From Azolla caroliniana (Eukaryota; Plantae; Polypodiophyta): DNA of 64,000 nucleotides. The notes below the pieces were generated by a model. It did not search any database, was not told the origin of the DNA, and saw only the letters and a program-made list of their open reading frames with translations. Positions 37,086 through 50,665 of this stretch are shown here, piece by piece; within the stretch, counting starts at the first letter, position 1, and every line of letters begins with the position of its first letter. Location of the stretch: NCBI GenBank assembly GCA_043228905.1, contig JBHGNT010000008.1, forward strand, positions 16,244,001 to 16,308,000, given 5' to 3'. The position numbers and the translations under genes were made by a program.

Positions 37086-39118
37086 TTCTTCAATTATGTC
37101 CTCATCAATCTTCTTTTCGTCTAGATCGCTTTTTTTAGGCTGCTCAGCTACTTTTGGTTGTCTCGTTTCCCCACGCTCGGGCCGTCCAAGTCAATGTCAT
37201 CAACCCATTGATGACGCTTGTCAAACCTATTGCACGTTCACTTCACCACAATCCAGTTCGTCACAAGCCCGTTGGCTTGGGTGCCATCTTCGAGGAGAAT
37301 CCCCAATTCTCGCCTATCCTTCATATCCACATCTTTCAAGAAGTACAAGTCTTGTCCTCCTCAAGCAACACTTGGTTCATGACGGGGAGATGACTAAACA
37401 TCTGGTCGAACTCGTCATACACCCTCGAGGCACTCATCTTCTTATTCTTCTTCTCTATCCACCTCATCAAGACATGTCGAGTCCTCTTCGACAAATCCTC
37501 AGTCGCGAACTCCGCTAATATTGTTTTTTCGAACTCTGACCACATTGTCTTCCCTTCTTGGAGCTCGATGACCCGCCTTTGGACGTTGTTGGGAACAACT
37601 CGCTTAAAACTCGAGATTTGATCCGACACATCCCTTTGATTCATCTCCCTTTGTATGCATCAAGGAACTTCGTAATGTTCCTTCCATCAAATTGACCCAC
37701 GATCTCCACGACACGATCGACAGCCTTCTCGACGCTTGCATCGTTGTCCCGAGATGTCATCATTTGTTCGACGATTACCATCTCCCCCGCTTGATTGCTT
37801 GAGGATGCCATCTCTAAGTGTCGATCGATCCTCGTCTTGATCCTTCCTACCGCTTCTTCATGTCGGATTCACCAAGAAAGATGTCAAGGAAATCCTCGCA
37901 TGTTCGCGAAATGAAGCGGAACCACCAGGGTCCTGGACCGGAAGGAATCGAAGTTTGTACTAGCTTTAGCGAGAAAGTATTTAAGCTACATAGAGACAGA
38001 TTGAAAGACGGTGATTCCAATTCTGAGACAGTTTGAGAGAGAGAGATTGAACCCTTGACTTTAGTTTTGAGAGACAAGATACATCACCATTAGGATTACT
38101 AGATTTTTTATCATTAGTTTGTTCATTGAATACATAGCTTGCCTCCTTCCTTTTCCCCCCTTACACAAACCCAAGTAAGGGCTTTTATATGTCCCTGCAT
38201 GGAAAAACCACGAGCTAAACCATGGTTTTGTGCCCACGGTTTTTATATGTTTGTTTCCGTGGTAAGTTAATTAGTCTCCTATTTTGGAGGTGCAAGGTTC
38301 AAACCTTGCTTGCACCCCTCTATATGCACTCAAATGTTGTTGGGAAATCTGTCCCTCCGAATGGGATCCGATTATGAATGAAGAGGACCCGGTGAGAACC
38401 GGAAGAGATCCGGAAACCGGATCGGTTGGACCCGATGAGAACCGGAAGAGAGGACATATTTGTAGATATGTTTTGAGTAAGCCTATTGAGGCTATATGTG
38501 TAAATAGCCTGAAGTTCATATAAGTATAAATATGACTTAGGGTGAACACCTTTTAAAAAGGATGTTGTCATATTGTTATAACTGATATAGAGAGAGCGAC
38601 AAAGAGAGAGAGTGTGTGAGACATAGAGCGATACTCTGTTGTAACTGTCGGTTGGTGAAGATACAAAGCTCAGGGTCGTTGCCTCCGAGGCTCTGATTGT
38701 ACCTTTCTCATACAGTGATAGTTTGGAGTCTGTGGGCTCCCGTAGTTTTTCCCTATTACGGTTTTCCACGTAAACATCCTATGTATTTCCTTGTGTACTC
38801 TCCATTTTCCCATTTCTATGTTTGATTCTAAACAAAGTGATTCAAGATCAGTTGTGGCCGAGCAATATTCCGCATTTTTCTACAAATGTTACTAGGCTTT
38901 AGTCTTATTTTTATATTTACAAATGTTTGAGCGCACATCACACGTGCACATGTTTAACCTTACATCTAGCCTTCCTTTTATGATTCTCATTTCAGTCCTA
39001 TTTACAACATGATAGCATATGCGTGTGACCATCACCCCTTTCACACGTGCCCATTGCACCTTCTCTATTTTTTTCGTTCCACACGATTTTCACACCGTTG
39101 CCAAAAATCTTCACGACA
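37086..39118 (-). mobile_element. Truncated Trp-primed gypsy (G5): 5' LTR, PBS and start of gag
   Basis: LTR 37882-39118 interrupted by a copia solo LTR; degenerate PBS 37857-37874; gag from ATG 37811 similar to G4 Gag; outer flank GCGT at 39119-39122. Confidence 0.82.
38338..38884 (+). mobile_element. Copia solo LTR related to the copia D LTR
   Basis: TGTTGGG...TACA termini; 5-bp TSD AATGT (38333-38337 and 38885-38889). Confidence 0.88.
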
Positions 39119-39384
39119 GCGTGAACCATGTATTCATTTCTGTCGTGACTTTCTAAGGTATGCTCTGGAGGATAATATCTTTTCGTGTATCTTCCCCTAT
39201 GGCCATACTATCTTCGATAAGTAGTCTCGTATAGTAGGTTGTGGCGATATTCCTCATTCTTTCACCATCCTCTCGATTGAGACTGCACGTCACGGTTCTA
39301 GTGTGCCTCGGTCCCTTGGATAGAAAGAATTCCTTTGTGGTTTTGTCCCCTACTCAGATACAGCGAGCCATACTTCCATGAAAC

Positions 39385-42300
39385 TGTTGGGAATTCGGTT
39401 CCTCTGGATGGGATCCGGATGAGAACCAAAGGAGCCGCATCAGAGGAGCTGCATTGGAGGAGCCGCATCGGACAAGCCGGATGAAGGAACCGAATATGGA
39501 AGGGTTCCGGATGAGACCCGGAAACCGAATCGAGTGAATCCGGATGGATCCAGTGCAAACCGAATCCAAGGATATATGTGTAAATATGTTTCAGAGTAAG
39601 CGCACTGTGGCTATATTTGTAAATAGCCCTAAGGTCATATGAGTATAAATATGACTTAGGGCAATCACATTTATTGTTTCTATTATAGTTGTAGAGAAAG
39701 AGAGAGAGAGTGAGTGAGAGAGTAGCTACGAGCACTTTCTGTTGTAACCGTCGTCTGGCGAAGATCGCAAGCACGAGGTCATTGCCTCTGTGTTTCCACT
39801 TTGTATTTCCTCTCATATACTGATAGTTCGGAGTTCGTAGGCTCCCATGGTTTTTTTCCTGATTAGGGTTTTCCACGTAAACATCTTGTGTTCTCTATCG
39901 TTGTTTTGTGTTCGTGCATTCATCATACCTATTTCCCATTTCTGTGTTTGGTCCTTCATAGAGTGATTTGCGACTCGATTGTGGCCGAGCAATACTTCCG
40001 CGCTAGTTCCTCACAGAAACTCCATGTTATAGATTTCCTTTTCTATCATGATGAGTTCTTGTTTGGCCATGGCAACCTATCCCACGATCCAACTACATGA
40101 TGGGTATCTTTGTTGGAGTCATTATAAGGCTATTAGTCCCCATTTTGTCCTTTGTCGCTTTTTGTGAGCATCCTTACTTGGAGCACATGAATGCATTCCA
40201 CGGGCTAATACACCAAGCCACCTCGTTGGAAGTACCTCTCGCGGATGAGGTACTCGCATTGCTCCTGCTCGGATCCCTCCCGGATATAGCTTGGAGACGT
40301 TAGTTGTCACATTGGGCAACGTCGGGCCGGAAGGAAAGTAGTTGTCCCTAGCAAGGGTAAAATCAAGCTTGCTAGATGAAGAAGCTTGCTGAAAGGACCG
40401 GGAGTCCAGAACCGATCCGAAGGCCTTGGTCACGGAAGATGACCAAAACCAGGGAAGAAGCCAGTATCGGAGTCCCCAAAACTAGGACAAATCGGGGACG
40501 AGGACGAAGTCAAGGGGGAGGCCTACTTGCTTCTATTGTGGGAAGTCGGGGCACTTCCAAAAGAATTGTCGGCATTTCCAGAAAGAGAAAGGAACCGATA
40601 GTGCAGATTCGAAGAAGGGTTCGGATCGGAACGATTTGGGCCGGAAAGGGTCGGATCATAAGGGAACGTCGGCAATCGCGATAAGTGAAGAAGAACTGAT
40701 GCTCATTACCGAGGAGAATGAGTTAAACCTTGTCGGCGATGAGACAACGTGGGTTGTTGATTCCGGAGCATTGTTCCATTTGACACAAGACCGGAAATGC
40801 TTCTCATCCTACATAGTCGGAGGTCACGGTTGTGTCCAGATGGGGAATGAAGGTACATGTCGAATTGTTGACATAGGAGATGTGTTGTTGACAACATCAA
40901 CCAGATGCAAATTGCTGCTAAAAGAAGTCTGACACGTTCCGGAGGTTCGGTTGAACCAGATATCAGCCGGTCGGCTAGATGATGAAGGCTACACGGGTAG
41001 TGTCAAGAACAGTACTGAGACAGAGAAGGAATTAGTACTAAGCGAAGGATTAGTACTATGAGAGGTGTGGAACTTCTTTGAGAGAAGGAAGAAGTGAGCG
41101 AGACAAAGAGAAAGAGAGAGATCGAGAGAGGGAGAGAGTGATGATAAGAAAGATATGTATTATATGAAGAGAATATACAATGGTGGCTAAAAGGCTTAAG
41201 ACTGGCGTTGAACCAATTTGGTTCAACATAATGCCTAGTGCCCTCTTTTATAGTGTTTTCAGGAGTAATCCTGAAGCTTCTAGAATGTTCCAGAGAAATC
41301 TGGAATATACACTAATTTCCTATAATAAAATGTAAATGAAAATAATATCCTACGTATTACAATAGATGATCTAATGGTCAAGAGCTCGACCCATATAACC
41401 TAAGGTCATGGGTTCGAGTCTTGCCATATCATGACAGGTAGCATCCGGAACGGATTCATAAAATTCAGCAAAGGAAGCCTGATCGTGGCTCGAGCCTGGA
41501 AGATCAACACATTGTATCTTATGTGCGCCCGGATATGTCGGGAAGAAGTGAACGTAGCATCCGACACTTCCGGTGAGTTGTGGCACAAGAGGTTGTGTCA
41601 CATGAGTCAGAAGGGGATGGATGAAGAGACTTGTCGAAGACAATCTCATTCCAGTGAAGGATATGCAACTTGAGAAGTGCACTAATTGCTTGGCCGGCAA
41701 GCAAAATCGAACCTCCTTCCGGTCAAGACCACCGATGAGACACCACTAGAGCTGGTGCATATCAACGTGTGTCAAGTGGCCACGAAGTCACATGCCGGAT
41801 CACAGTACTTCGTGACGTTCATAGACAACCACAACCGAAAGTTGTGGGTCTCATCGTTGAAGACAAAGGATCATGTGCTATCTGTCTTCAAGGAGCTCCA
41901 CGCGAGAGTGGAAAAAGAAACCGGTTGGAAGCTGAAGGCGGTTTGAGCAGATAACGGAGGAGAATACCGGGGGTAGTTCGAGGAGTACTATCAATCGAAG
42001 GGAATCCGGCTTGAATTTACCGTGCCGAAGACGACGGAATTGAACGGGTTGGCTGAACGGATGAACCGGACCATAATGGAGAGAGTCTAAAACATGCTAG
42101 CACATGCCAAGTTACCCAAGACATTTTGGGTTGAGGCGTTGATGATGGCAACCTATGTGATAAACAAATTACCCTCAGCACCCTTGGAAGGAGACTCACC
42201 GCAGAAAGTATGGACCGGTAAAGATGTATCTTACCGGCATCTGAAGGTGTTTGGCTATCTTGCATATGTGCATGCTGCAAAGGACAAGAGAGCAAAGTTG

Positions 42301-44885
42301 GATCCGAAGACCCTGCCATGCACATTCCTTGGATACGGCGATGATGAGTTTGGATATCGAGTATGGAACCTGGTCGACAAGAAGGTGTTCCGGAGTTGGG
42401 ATATAGTCTTCATGGAAGATAGGACCATTTTCGACTAGGAGTCTGAGAAGAAGGTGAAGAACTCTAGATCATCAAATGAAAACCGGTTTGAGGACACAAG
42501 GACTTACCCGGTTGAAAACCAAAAGATAGTTGGTAACAGATTGACACTCGATGAACCGGCCGGATTCGGACAAGAAACCGAACCAGTCGAAGAAGAAGAG
42601 GAAGAAGACACCGGAACCGGACAAGATCCTGAATCAGATTCGGATGTGGAAGAGATGGAGGAACCGGTTGCCGAAGACCAAAGACGGAGATACCCTCTCA
42701 GGGAGAGAAGAGCCCCCCGGAGATTTCCGGATGCAGAGCATGTATTGTTGACCGATGAGGGGGAGCCGGAAAGCTTCGAGGAAGCAAAGAAAGACACCCA
42801 CAGCCGCAAGTGGTTAAGTGCCATGCAGGACGAGATGAATTCCCTACATGAGAACCACACATATGAATTGACGGAGCTATCGAAAGGAAAGTGTGGGTGA
42901 ACAAGCTGAAACCGGGAGACACCAGAAATCCACTCAGGTACAAGGCCCGGATCGTGGTGAAGGGTTTCCAGCAGAAGAAAGGTGTGGATTTCGATGAGAT
43001 CTTTGCCCCGGTAGTAAAGATGACATCCATCTAGACGGTATTGAGCATAGCAGCAAGCATGGAGCTCAAGGTAGAGCAACTGGACGTCAAGATGACATTC
43101 CTACATGGTGACCTCGAAGAAGAGATCTACATGCATCAACCGGGAGGATTTGAGAAGAAAGGGAAGGAGCACCTAGTTTGCCGACTGAAGAAGAGCTTGT
43201 ACGGATTGAAGCAAGCTCCCCGACAATGGTACCGGAAGTTCAACTCCTTCATGACCGACCAAGGGTACCACAAGACGCAAGCTGACCACTGCGTGTTTGT
43301 GAAGAAATTTGTCGGAGGCGACGTCCTGATACTACTGCTATATGTGGATGATATGTTGATTGTCGAACGAGACCAAATCAAGATCTGAATGTTGAAGAAG
43401 GCTCTGAACCTGACCTTCTCAACCGGCAAGACAGATTTTGGGGATGCACATCATCCGGGACCAGTCAAAGAAGTTGTTGTGGTTATCACAAGAGAAGTAC
43501 ATGACAAAGGTGCTTCAAAGGTTCAACATGTCGGAGGCGAAACCGCTTGGATCGACACTTCCGGCAAATTGCAAGTTGTTCGGAAAGCAAAGCCTGGAGA
43601 CAAAGGTAGAGAAGTCGGATATGACAAAGATACCATATGCCTCTACCGTTGAAAGCCTAATGTATGCAATGGTGTGCACCCTACTGGATATTGCATATGT
43701 TGTCGAAGTAGTCAGCCGGTTCATGAGCAATCCCGGAAAAGATCATTGAAACGTGGTCAAGTGGATACTCCAGTACTTGAAAGGCACCTTGAGTATGTGC
43801 CTCCAGTTCGGCTCAGGTAAACCCCAACTTGACGGATTCGGATATGTCGGCTGATGCAAATATCAATCAATCTACATCCGGATATGTCATGACTTATGCA
43901 GGGGGAACCGTATCATGGCAGTCGAAGCTGTAGAAGTCCGTTGCACTATCAACAACGGAAGCGGAGTATATGGCAGTTGTGGAAGCCGGCAAGGAAGTAA
44001 TATGGATGAAGGACTTCATCAGAGAGCTACGGATCCGACAAGAGGAATATCGGCTCTATTGCGATAGTCAAAGTGCCATCCACCTTGCGAAGAACGTGGC
44101 CTACCATTCCCGGACCAAGCACATCCAAAGGAGATATCACTAGCTCCGGGAGAAGGTAGAAGATCAAGACTTCGTGCTGACGAAGATCCACACGAAGGAG
44201 AACGGATCGGATATGCTGACCAAGGTGCTTTCAACCAACAAGTTGGATGCGTACCGAAGACGGATCGGATTAACGAGAAATCCCATGCCGGAGCGAAGGG
44301 GGAGTTTGTTGGGAATTCGGTCCCTCCAGATGGGATCCGGATGAGAACCGGACAAGCCGGATGAAGGAACCGGATCTGGAAGGGTTCCGGATGAGACTCG
44401 GAAACCGGATCAACTAAATCCGGATGGATCCGATGCAAACCGGATTCAAGGATATATGTGTAAATATGTTTCAGAGTAAGCCCACTGTGGCTATATTTGT
44501 AAATAACCCTAAGGTCATATGAGTATAAATATGACTTAGGGCAATCACATTTATTGTTTTTATTATTGTTGTAGAGAGAGAGAGAGGGGGGGTAGCTACG
44601 AGCACTTTCTGTTGTAACCGCCGTCTGGCGAAGATCGCAAGCACGAGGTCGTTGCCTTTGTGTTTCCACTTTGTATTTCCTCTCATATACTGATAGTTCG
44701 GACTCCGTGGGCTCTCGTGATTTTTTTCCCGATTAGGGTTTTCCACGTAAACATCTTGTGTTCTCTATCGTTGTTTTGTGTACGTGCATTCATCATACCT
44801 ATTTCCCATTTCTGTGTTTGGTCCTTCATAGAGTGATTTGCGACTCGGTTGTGGCCGAGCAATACTTCCGCGCTAGTTCCTCACA
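39385..44885 (+). mobile_element. Rearranged Tnt1/Tork-like Ty1/copia (copia D)
   Basis: LTRs 39385-40015 and 44307-44885; GAAAC at 39380-39384, 40016-40020 and 44886-44890; the internal region starts mid-gag at about 40172; CFYCGKSGHFQKNC, WVVDSGA, INT, RT (YVDD) and RH; PPT 44295-44304. Confidence 0.9.
41001..41436 (-). mobile_element. Solo LTR of the G7 chromovirus family inside copia D
   Basis: Reverse complement of 45429-45864; 5-bp TSD GGTAG (40996-41000 and 41437-41441). Confidence 0.93.
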
Positions 44886-45866
44886 GAAACTCCATGTCAT
44901 AGATTTCCTTTTCTATCATGATGAGTTCTTGTTTGGCCATGGAAACCTATCCCACGATCCAACTACATGATGGGTATCTTTGTTGGAGTCATTGTAAGGC
45001 TATTAGTCCCCATTTTGTCCTTTGTCGTTTTTCCTGAGCATCTTTACTTAGGGTCTTGATGATCTCATGTAATAGATTTGAAGTTCTTGTTAGTTTAACT
45101 AGAAGTTTGTCGGATGTTGATGGGTCATTGACGGGTAATGACCATTGGGTGGTGAGTTGTTCCTTCACCTTTGTGACTGTGTAAATAGTGTGTAGGATTC
45201 GAAGTTGGAATGAGTTGCACTTTTGGTGCAACTAAAAATGACCAATTACTGGGTAGTGGTTAGAGAAAGTCGTGCCTAGAGTTATGTGTCACCAGCCTCC
45301 CTTCCCTTCTTGGGCCTCGCCTACATAAATGCGGTCGATGTGAGATAGGGTGGGTCCACTACTCCGCCCAATTGATCGAGAAAATAATAGAGAGTCCCTT
45401 TTTCGTTGAAAGTTGCCTGAATGCCATATGTCATGATATGGCAAGACTCGAACCCATGACCTTAGGTTATATGGGTCACGCTCTTGACCATTAGATCATC
45501 TATTGTAATACGTAAGATATTATTTTCATTTACATTTTATTATAGGAAATTAATGTATATTCCAGATTTCTCTAGAACATTCTAGAAGCTTCAGGATTAC
45601 TCCTGAAAACACTATAAAAGAGGGCACTAGGCATTATGTTGAACCAAATTGGTTCAACGCCAGTCTTAAGCCTTTTAGCCACCATTGTATATTCTCTTCA
45701 CATAATACATATCTTTCTTATCATCACTCTCTCCCTCTCTTGATCTCTCTCTTTCTCTCCGTCTCGCTCACTTCTTCCTTCTCTCAAAGAAGTTCTACAC
45801 CTCTCATAGTACTAATCCTCCATTTAGTACTAATTCCCTCTCTGTCTTAGTACTGTTCCTGACAGT

Positions 45867-45878
45867 TTGAACCAATTT
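45867..45878 (+). promoter_or_regulatory. Self-priming-type PBS of G7
   Basis: TTGAACCAATTT is the exact complement of AAATTGGTTCAA at 45646-45657, about 30 nt downstream of TATAAAA at 45613-45619. Confidence 0.8.
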
Positions 45879-45937
45879 TCCTACCTTCTGTCTCTCTCAT
45901 TTCCTACTAATCTCTTATTCCTCTTTTCTTTCATCCC

Positions 45938-47089
45938 ATGGCCATTGTTAGCGCTGAAGAATATCAATCTGTTTTCTCGGAATTTCAATGCTTGAAAGAG
46001 AAGTTCCATGCTTTGGAACAAGAAAACCAACGATTGTTGGGGGATCTTCGGCAAATCTCCTTAGAAAAGTAGCGAACGCAACAACAGCATGGGGAACTTG
46101 CGTTACGCGTGCAACAACTCGAAGCAACCATCGTAGCGATGCAACAACAAGGGCCCGAAACACAAGGGATTCATAAAGAACCCAAGATTGGCCTTCCCAC
46201 GAAGTTCGATGGAAGGTGATCGCAGTTTAGAGGGTTCCTTAACCAGGTACGATTAGTTATTCAAATGCATCCTTCCCGATATCCCACCGATGCATCACGA
46301 GTGGGTTTAGTAGGCACTTTGTTAAGTGGCTCAGCGTTGGCATGGTTCGCTCCACTATTAGAAAAGGAATCTCTGTTACTCAACAATTTTGAAGAGTTTC
46401 TAGGTGAGTTTAAAGCATGTTTCGGAGATACTGATAGCATCAGGACCGCAATCAACAATATTCGGCGATTACGGCAAGGTGACCGTCCAGCCTCCGCATA
46501 CGCTGCAGATTTTCGCCTACTCCCCGCCGATATCCCTTGGGATGATCAAGCGTTGATGGAGCAATTCCATTATGGTTTACGCAACGAAGTCAAGGATTTA
46601 CTCTTAACCTTCCCCGAAGAGCCAAAGTCCTTAACAGAAGCAATCAGTCGCGCGGTGAGATGTGACAACCGCCTCTTTGAGCGACATTCAAAACGACAGC
46701 TACAGATGCCGAGGGCAAGATCAGAGCCCACCTATGCCTCAGTGGTAGCAAGACCTTTTCCGAGGGAGTCATATAATGCGCCTCCAGCGAATACTCCGAC
46801 TCCGATGGAGATTGACACTACACGTCGTCGAGGGCCATTATCCGAAGAAGAAAAGCAATGACGCCGTACAAATCGACTATGTCTTTACTGCGGTGGACCA
46901 GGACATATCGCAATAAATTGCCCCCATAGGCCAAGAAGACAGGTATACCAAATAGTCGCTAGTTCTAATTGTACTAAACCCGAGCCTATTTCAGTAGGGA
47001 TATCTGATAATCCTAATAGTACTAATATCCCAGATCTAGCAAACAAATTTGATGTCCTTAGTCAGTTCGAAGAAGAGTTAAACGACTAA
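45938..47089 (+). pseudogene. G7 gag with premature stops
   Basis: ATG 45938 is in frame with ORF 46265..46861; coiled-coil N-terminus, capsid-like core and CCHC knuckle. Confidence 0.85.
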
Positions 47090-50000
47090 GTCCAACCAAA
47101 ATAGGAGTCGTTTGGTTGGACAGCCCTAGATCTGTGCAGCCCATTAGTGGTTCCATTCCCTCTAAGCAAGTTAGTGATGTGTTCGTAGCCCAAGTAATAG
47201 TTAGTACTAAAAGTACCCCTCTAGTACATGTCCTAGCACTCCTAGATTCCGGAGCTAAGTCTTGCTTTATGGATAAGAAATTTGCTCAAGCTCATAAGAT
47301 ATCCCTAAGAAAACTCTAGTGTCCAGCCTCTGTAGTAGTCATTGATGGACGTCCCATTGCTTCCGGAAATATCATAGAAGAGTTAGAGCCCATTAGTATT
47401 GTCCTAGATAACTTAGCATATGTAGTATCATTTAGTATTATTGGTATCCCAAAACATCCTATAGTTTTAGGATTATCGTGGTTCGAGTTACATAACCCAG
47501 ACATAGATTGGAGAACAAGAGAAATCCGGTGTCGACAAACCTAAGGGTCAACTCAGAAGATGGCAACCATTTCGCTACGTCAATTGCGTAAAGAAGGGCG
47601 CAAGGAGGAAATGTTCCTCTTTGCAATATCAGTAAACCCCTCCAGCACCACTAAAGAAGAATCCACCGTTCAACTTCCCGAGAAGTATCGTCATTACGAT
47701 GATGTGTTCGATAAAGTACAAGCCAACACACTTCCTCATCATCGACCGTACGATTGCCCCATCGATTTACAACCAGGAAAAGAGCCGCCATGGGGACCGA
47801 TCTACAATTTGTCACCAACCGAGCTGGAAGTCCTTCGGTCCTATATAGAGGAGAATTTGGAAAATGGTTTCATTTGGCATTCGAAATCTCCAGTCGGCGC
47901 GCCCATTTTCTTCGTCAAGAAAAAGCATGGATCGCTTCGTCTCGTTGTAGATTATCGTGGCTTGAATAAGGTTATAATCATGAATAGGTATGCTCTTCCC
48001 CTTATCTCAAGTCTTTTAGAACAAATCAATGGTGCCAGGTTCTTCACGAAGATCGACTTACGGGGAGCATATAACCTCGTACGGATCCGACCAGGAGACG
48101 AATGGAAGACCGCGTTTCGCACCAGATATGGGCACTTCGAGTATACGGTCATGCCGTTCGGCCTCACTAATGCACCGGCAGTCTTCTAGCACATGGCTAA
48201 TGATATATTCTGAGATCTATTGGATGATTGTTTGATCATCTATTTGGATGATCTACTGGTTTATTCAAAGACCCAAGAAGAACATGATTCTCATGTACTA
48301 TTAGTACTAAAACGACTTCGAGAACATGGTCTGTATGCAAAGCTAGAAAAATGTAGTTTCGGGTGCAACCAAGTGGAATTTCTCGGCTACATCATTTCGT
48401 CAGAAGGCATCTCCATGGACCCAGCTAAGGTCAAAACGGTGGTAGAATGGCAGACTCCGCGTTCGGTGTGGGATGTGCAATGCTTCCTAGGCTTTGCCAA
48501 TTTTTACCGGAAGTTCATACAAGATTACTCAAAGATTGTTCTACCTCTCACACAACTTACCAGGAAGGGACAATCGTTCATCTGGTCTGAAGAAACGGAC
48601 ATGGCTTTCGAGAGTCTTAAAAAGGCATTTACATCGGCTCCAATTCTAGCTCATGTCGATCTGGAAAAACCATTCATTATCGAAGCTGACACATGGGATT
48701 TTGCATTGGGGAGCATTCTGTCACAACAGGGGAATGATGAGAAGCTACATCCTGTGGCTTTTCACTCACGCAAGTTTGACGCCGCCGAAATGAACTACGA
48801 AATTCATGATAAGGAGCTATTGGGAATAGTGGATTCTTTTATGCAATGGAGGCATTTTCTGGAGGGATCCTCTCATCCAGTCACCGTATTTAGTGACCAC
48901 AAGAATCTTGCCTACTTTCAGGATGCTCGTGTGTTGAATCGACGTCAAGCTCGGTGGGCCCACTTCCTCACGCGTTTCGACTTCAAAATTACATATCGTC
49001 CTGGGAAGCACCAAAGGAAGGCAGATGCATTATCACGGCGTTCGTATCTAGCACCTCGTCCCGGCGAGCCAACTTTCGATAACCAAAAACAAGTCATCTT
49101 GGGACCGGCACGACTACAAGCAACACAGATCTTTAACATGCCCATGGATTCCCGCATTATCGATACCATACGTGAAGACTTGAAGATAGATGCGTTCGCG
49201 CAAGCTATACTAGCACAAATTGATCCCTCTCGAGCGTCGTGTTCATAGTCGCAACCACCAGGTACGGACTTTCGGCAATTCAAATACCATGATGGATTAC
49301 TCTTCTTTAAAGAACTTTTGTATGTTCCTAATGATTCTTGCCGCCTTCGAGTAGTACAAAATTGTCATGACACATATACAGCTAGGCATTTTGGTAGTAC
49401 TAAAATATTAGATTTAGTACAACGATCATTCTAGTGGCCTTGTATGCGACAATTTGTCGAGGATTTTGTTCAGACTTGTGATACATGTTGCAGAGCGAAA
49501 ATGCCAAGGCATCATCCATATGGTTTATTAGAACCATTACCAATTCCAAGCAAGCCGTGGCAATCCATTGCTCTAGACTTCATCACAGTTCTTCCAATCT
49601 CTAAGGGGTTCAATGCGATTCTAACGGTGCTCGATCGATATACGAAGATGGCTCATTTCTTGCCATGTACTAAGGAGATCTCTAGTGAAGACACTGCCGA
49701 AATTGTCATGCGTGAAGTATGTCGACATCATGGACTTCCCGATAATATCATCAGCGACCGTGGACCCCAGTTCGTGTCAAAATTCTGGAAGCACCTTTTT
49801 AACATGCTCAAGGTCACTTGTAACCTCTCCTCCGGCTACCACCCACAAACTGACGACCAAGCTGAACGAACAAATCAAACACGGGAGCAGTATATGCGGT
49901 GCTTTCTCAACTATCATCAGGATGACTGGGCAGATGTTCTCCACTTTGCCGAATTTGCCTATAACAACTCTATCCACGCATCCACTAAAGTTACGCCATT

Positions 50001-50665
50001 TTATGCTTATACGGGATGTCACCCCCGGTGGAGTGTACTTGAAACCCCAGAGGTGTCCACAAATCCGTGCACGGAGGATCGTTTGGAGCGGTTACGCAAG
50101 ATACAAGTGGATTTATCTACTCATCTCCAACAAGCTCAACAAACACACAAGGTCTACGCGGATCGTCATCGACTTCCATCCAGTTTTAATATTGGAGATC
50201 GGGTGTGGTTGCTACGACGACACATCAAGACTACTCGCCCATGTGAGAAGTTGGATTATCAGCGATTAGGTCATTTCCGTATTATCGGAAAGATTAATGA
50301 TGTCGCTTTTCGTCTCGATCTACCGCCTCAACTTCGGATACATCCGGTGTTTCATAGTTCTCTCCTCTCACGAGAGCACCATCCCAGGACATCTTATACA
50401 ACCTCCACCCCCGATCGAGCTTGAAGATGGGCCGGTGTACGAGGTTGCCACCATCCTTGATTCCAAGATTGTTCGCAACAAGCTCTATTATCTAGTCGAT
50501 TGGCTAGGCTATAGCCCCAACGAACGTACTTGGGAACCAATCGAGAATGTGACCAATGCTCGTGCTCTTCTTGAAGACTTCCATTGTCAATATCCACACA
50601 AACCGGGTCCTCAATCCAAGACGACTTGTGACACTCGTCGTTTTAAAGGGGGGATAGTGTCATGA
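47080..50665 (+). pseudogene. G7 pol (PR-RT-RH-INT-chromodomain), disrupted
   Basis: ORFs at 47116, 47560, 48220 and 49444 share one frame; a frameshift near 50370 precedes the chromodomain. Confidence 0.9.

Larger units (their letters stand above)
39119..45428 (-). mobile_element. Fragmented L1-like LINE ORF2 (pieces 39119-39384 and 44886-45428) that hosts later insertions
   Basis: Minus-strand SHIDRIYV...SNHYPV (APE endonuclease C-terminal motifs) at 45250-45345, and VGDKTTKEFF...TYYTRLL (EN-RT linker) at 39215-39355. Confidence 0.7.

Noticed and set aside
39001-39013. TTTACAACA as the outer end of the G5 LTR
   Set aside because: A better terminus (TCACGACA at 39118) matches the start of the solo LTR at 51279 and abuts the LINE reading frame.
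41361-41430. Possible functional tRNA gene
   Set aside because: There is no convincing acceptor stem or 7-nt anticodon loop. It is reported only as a tRNA-like module within an LTR.
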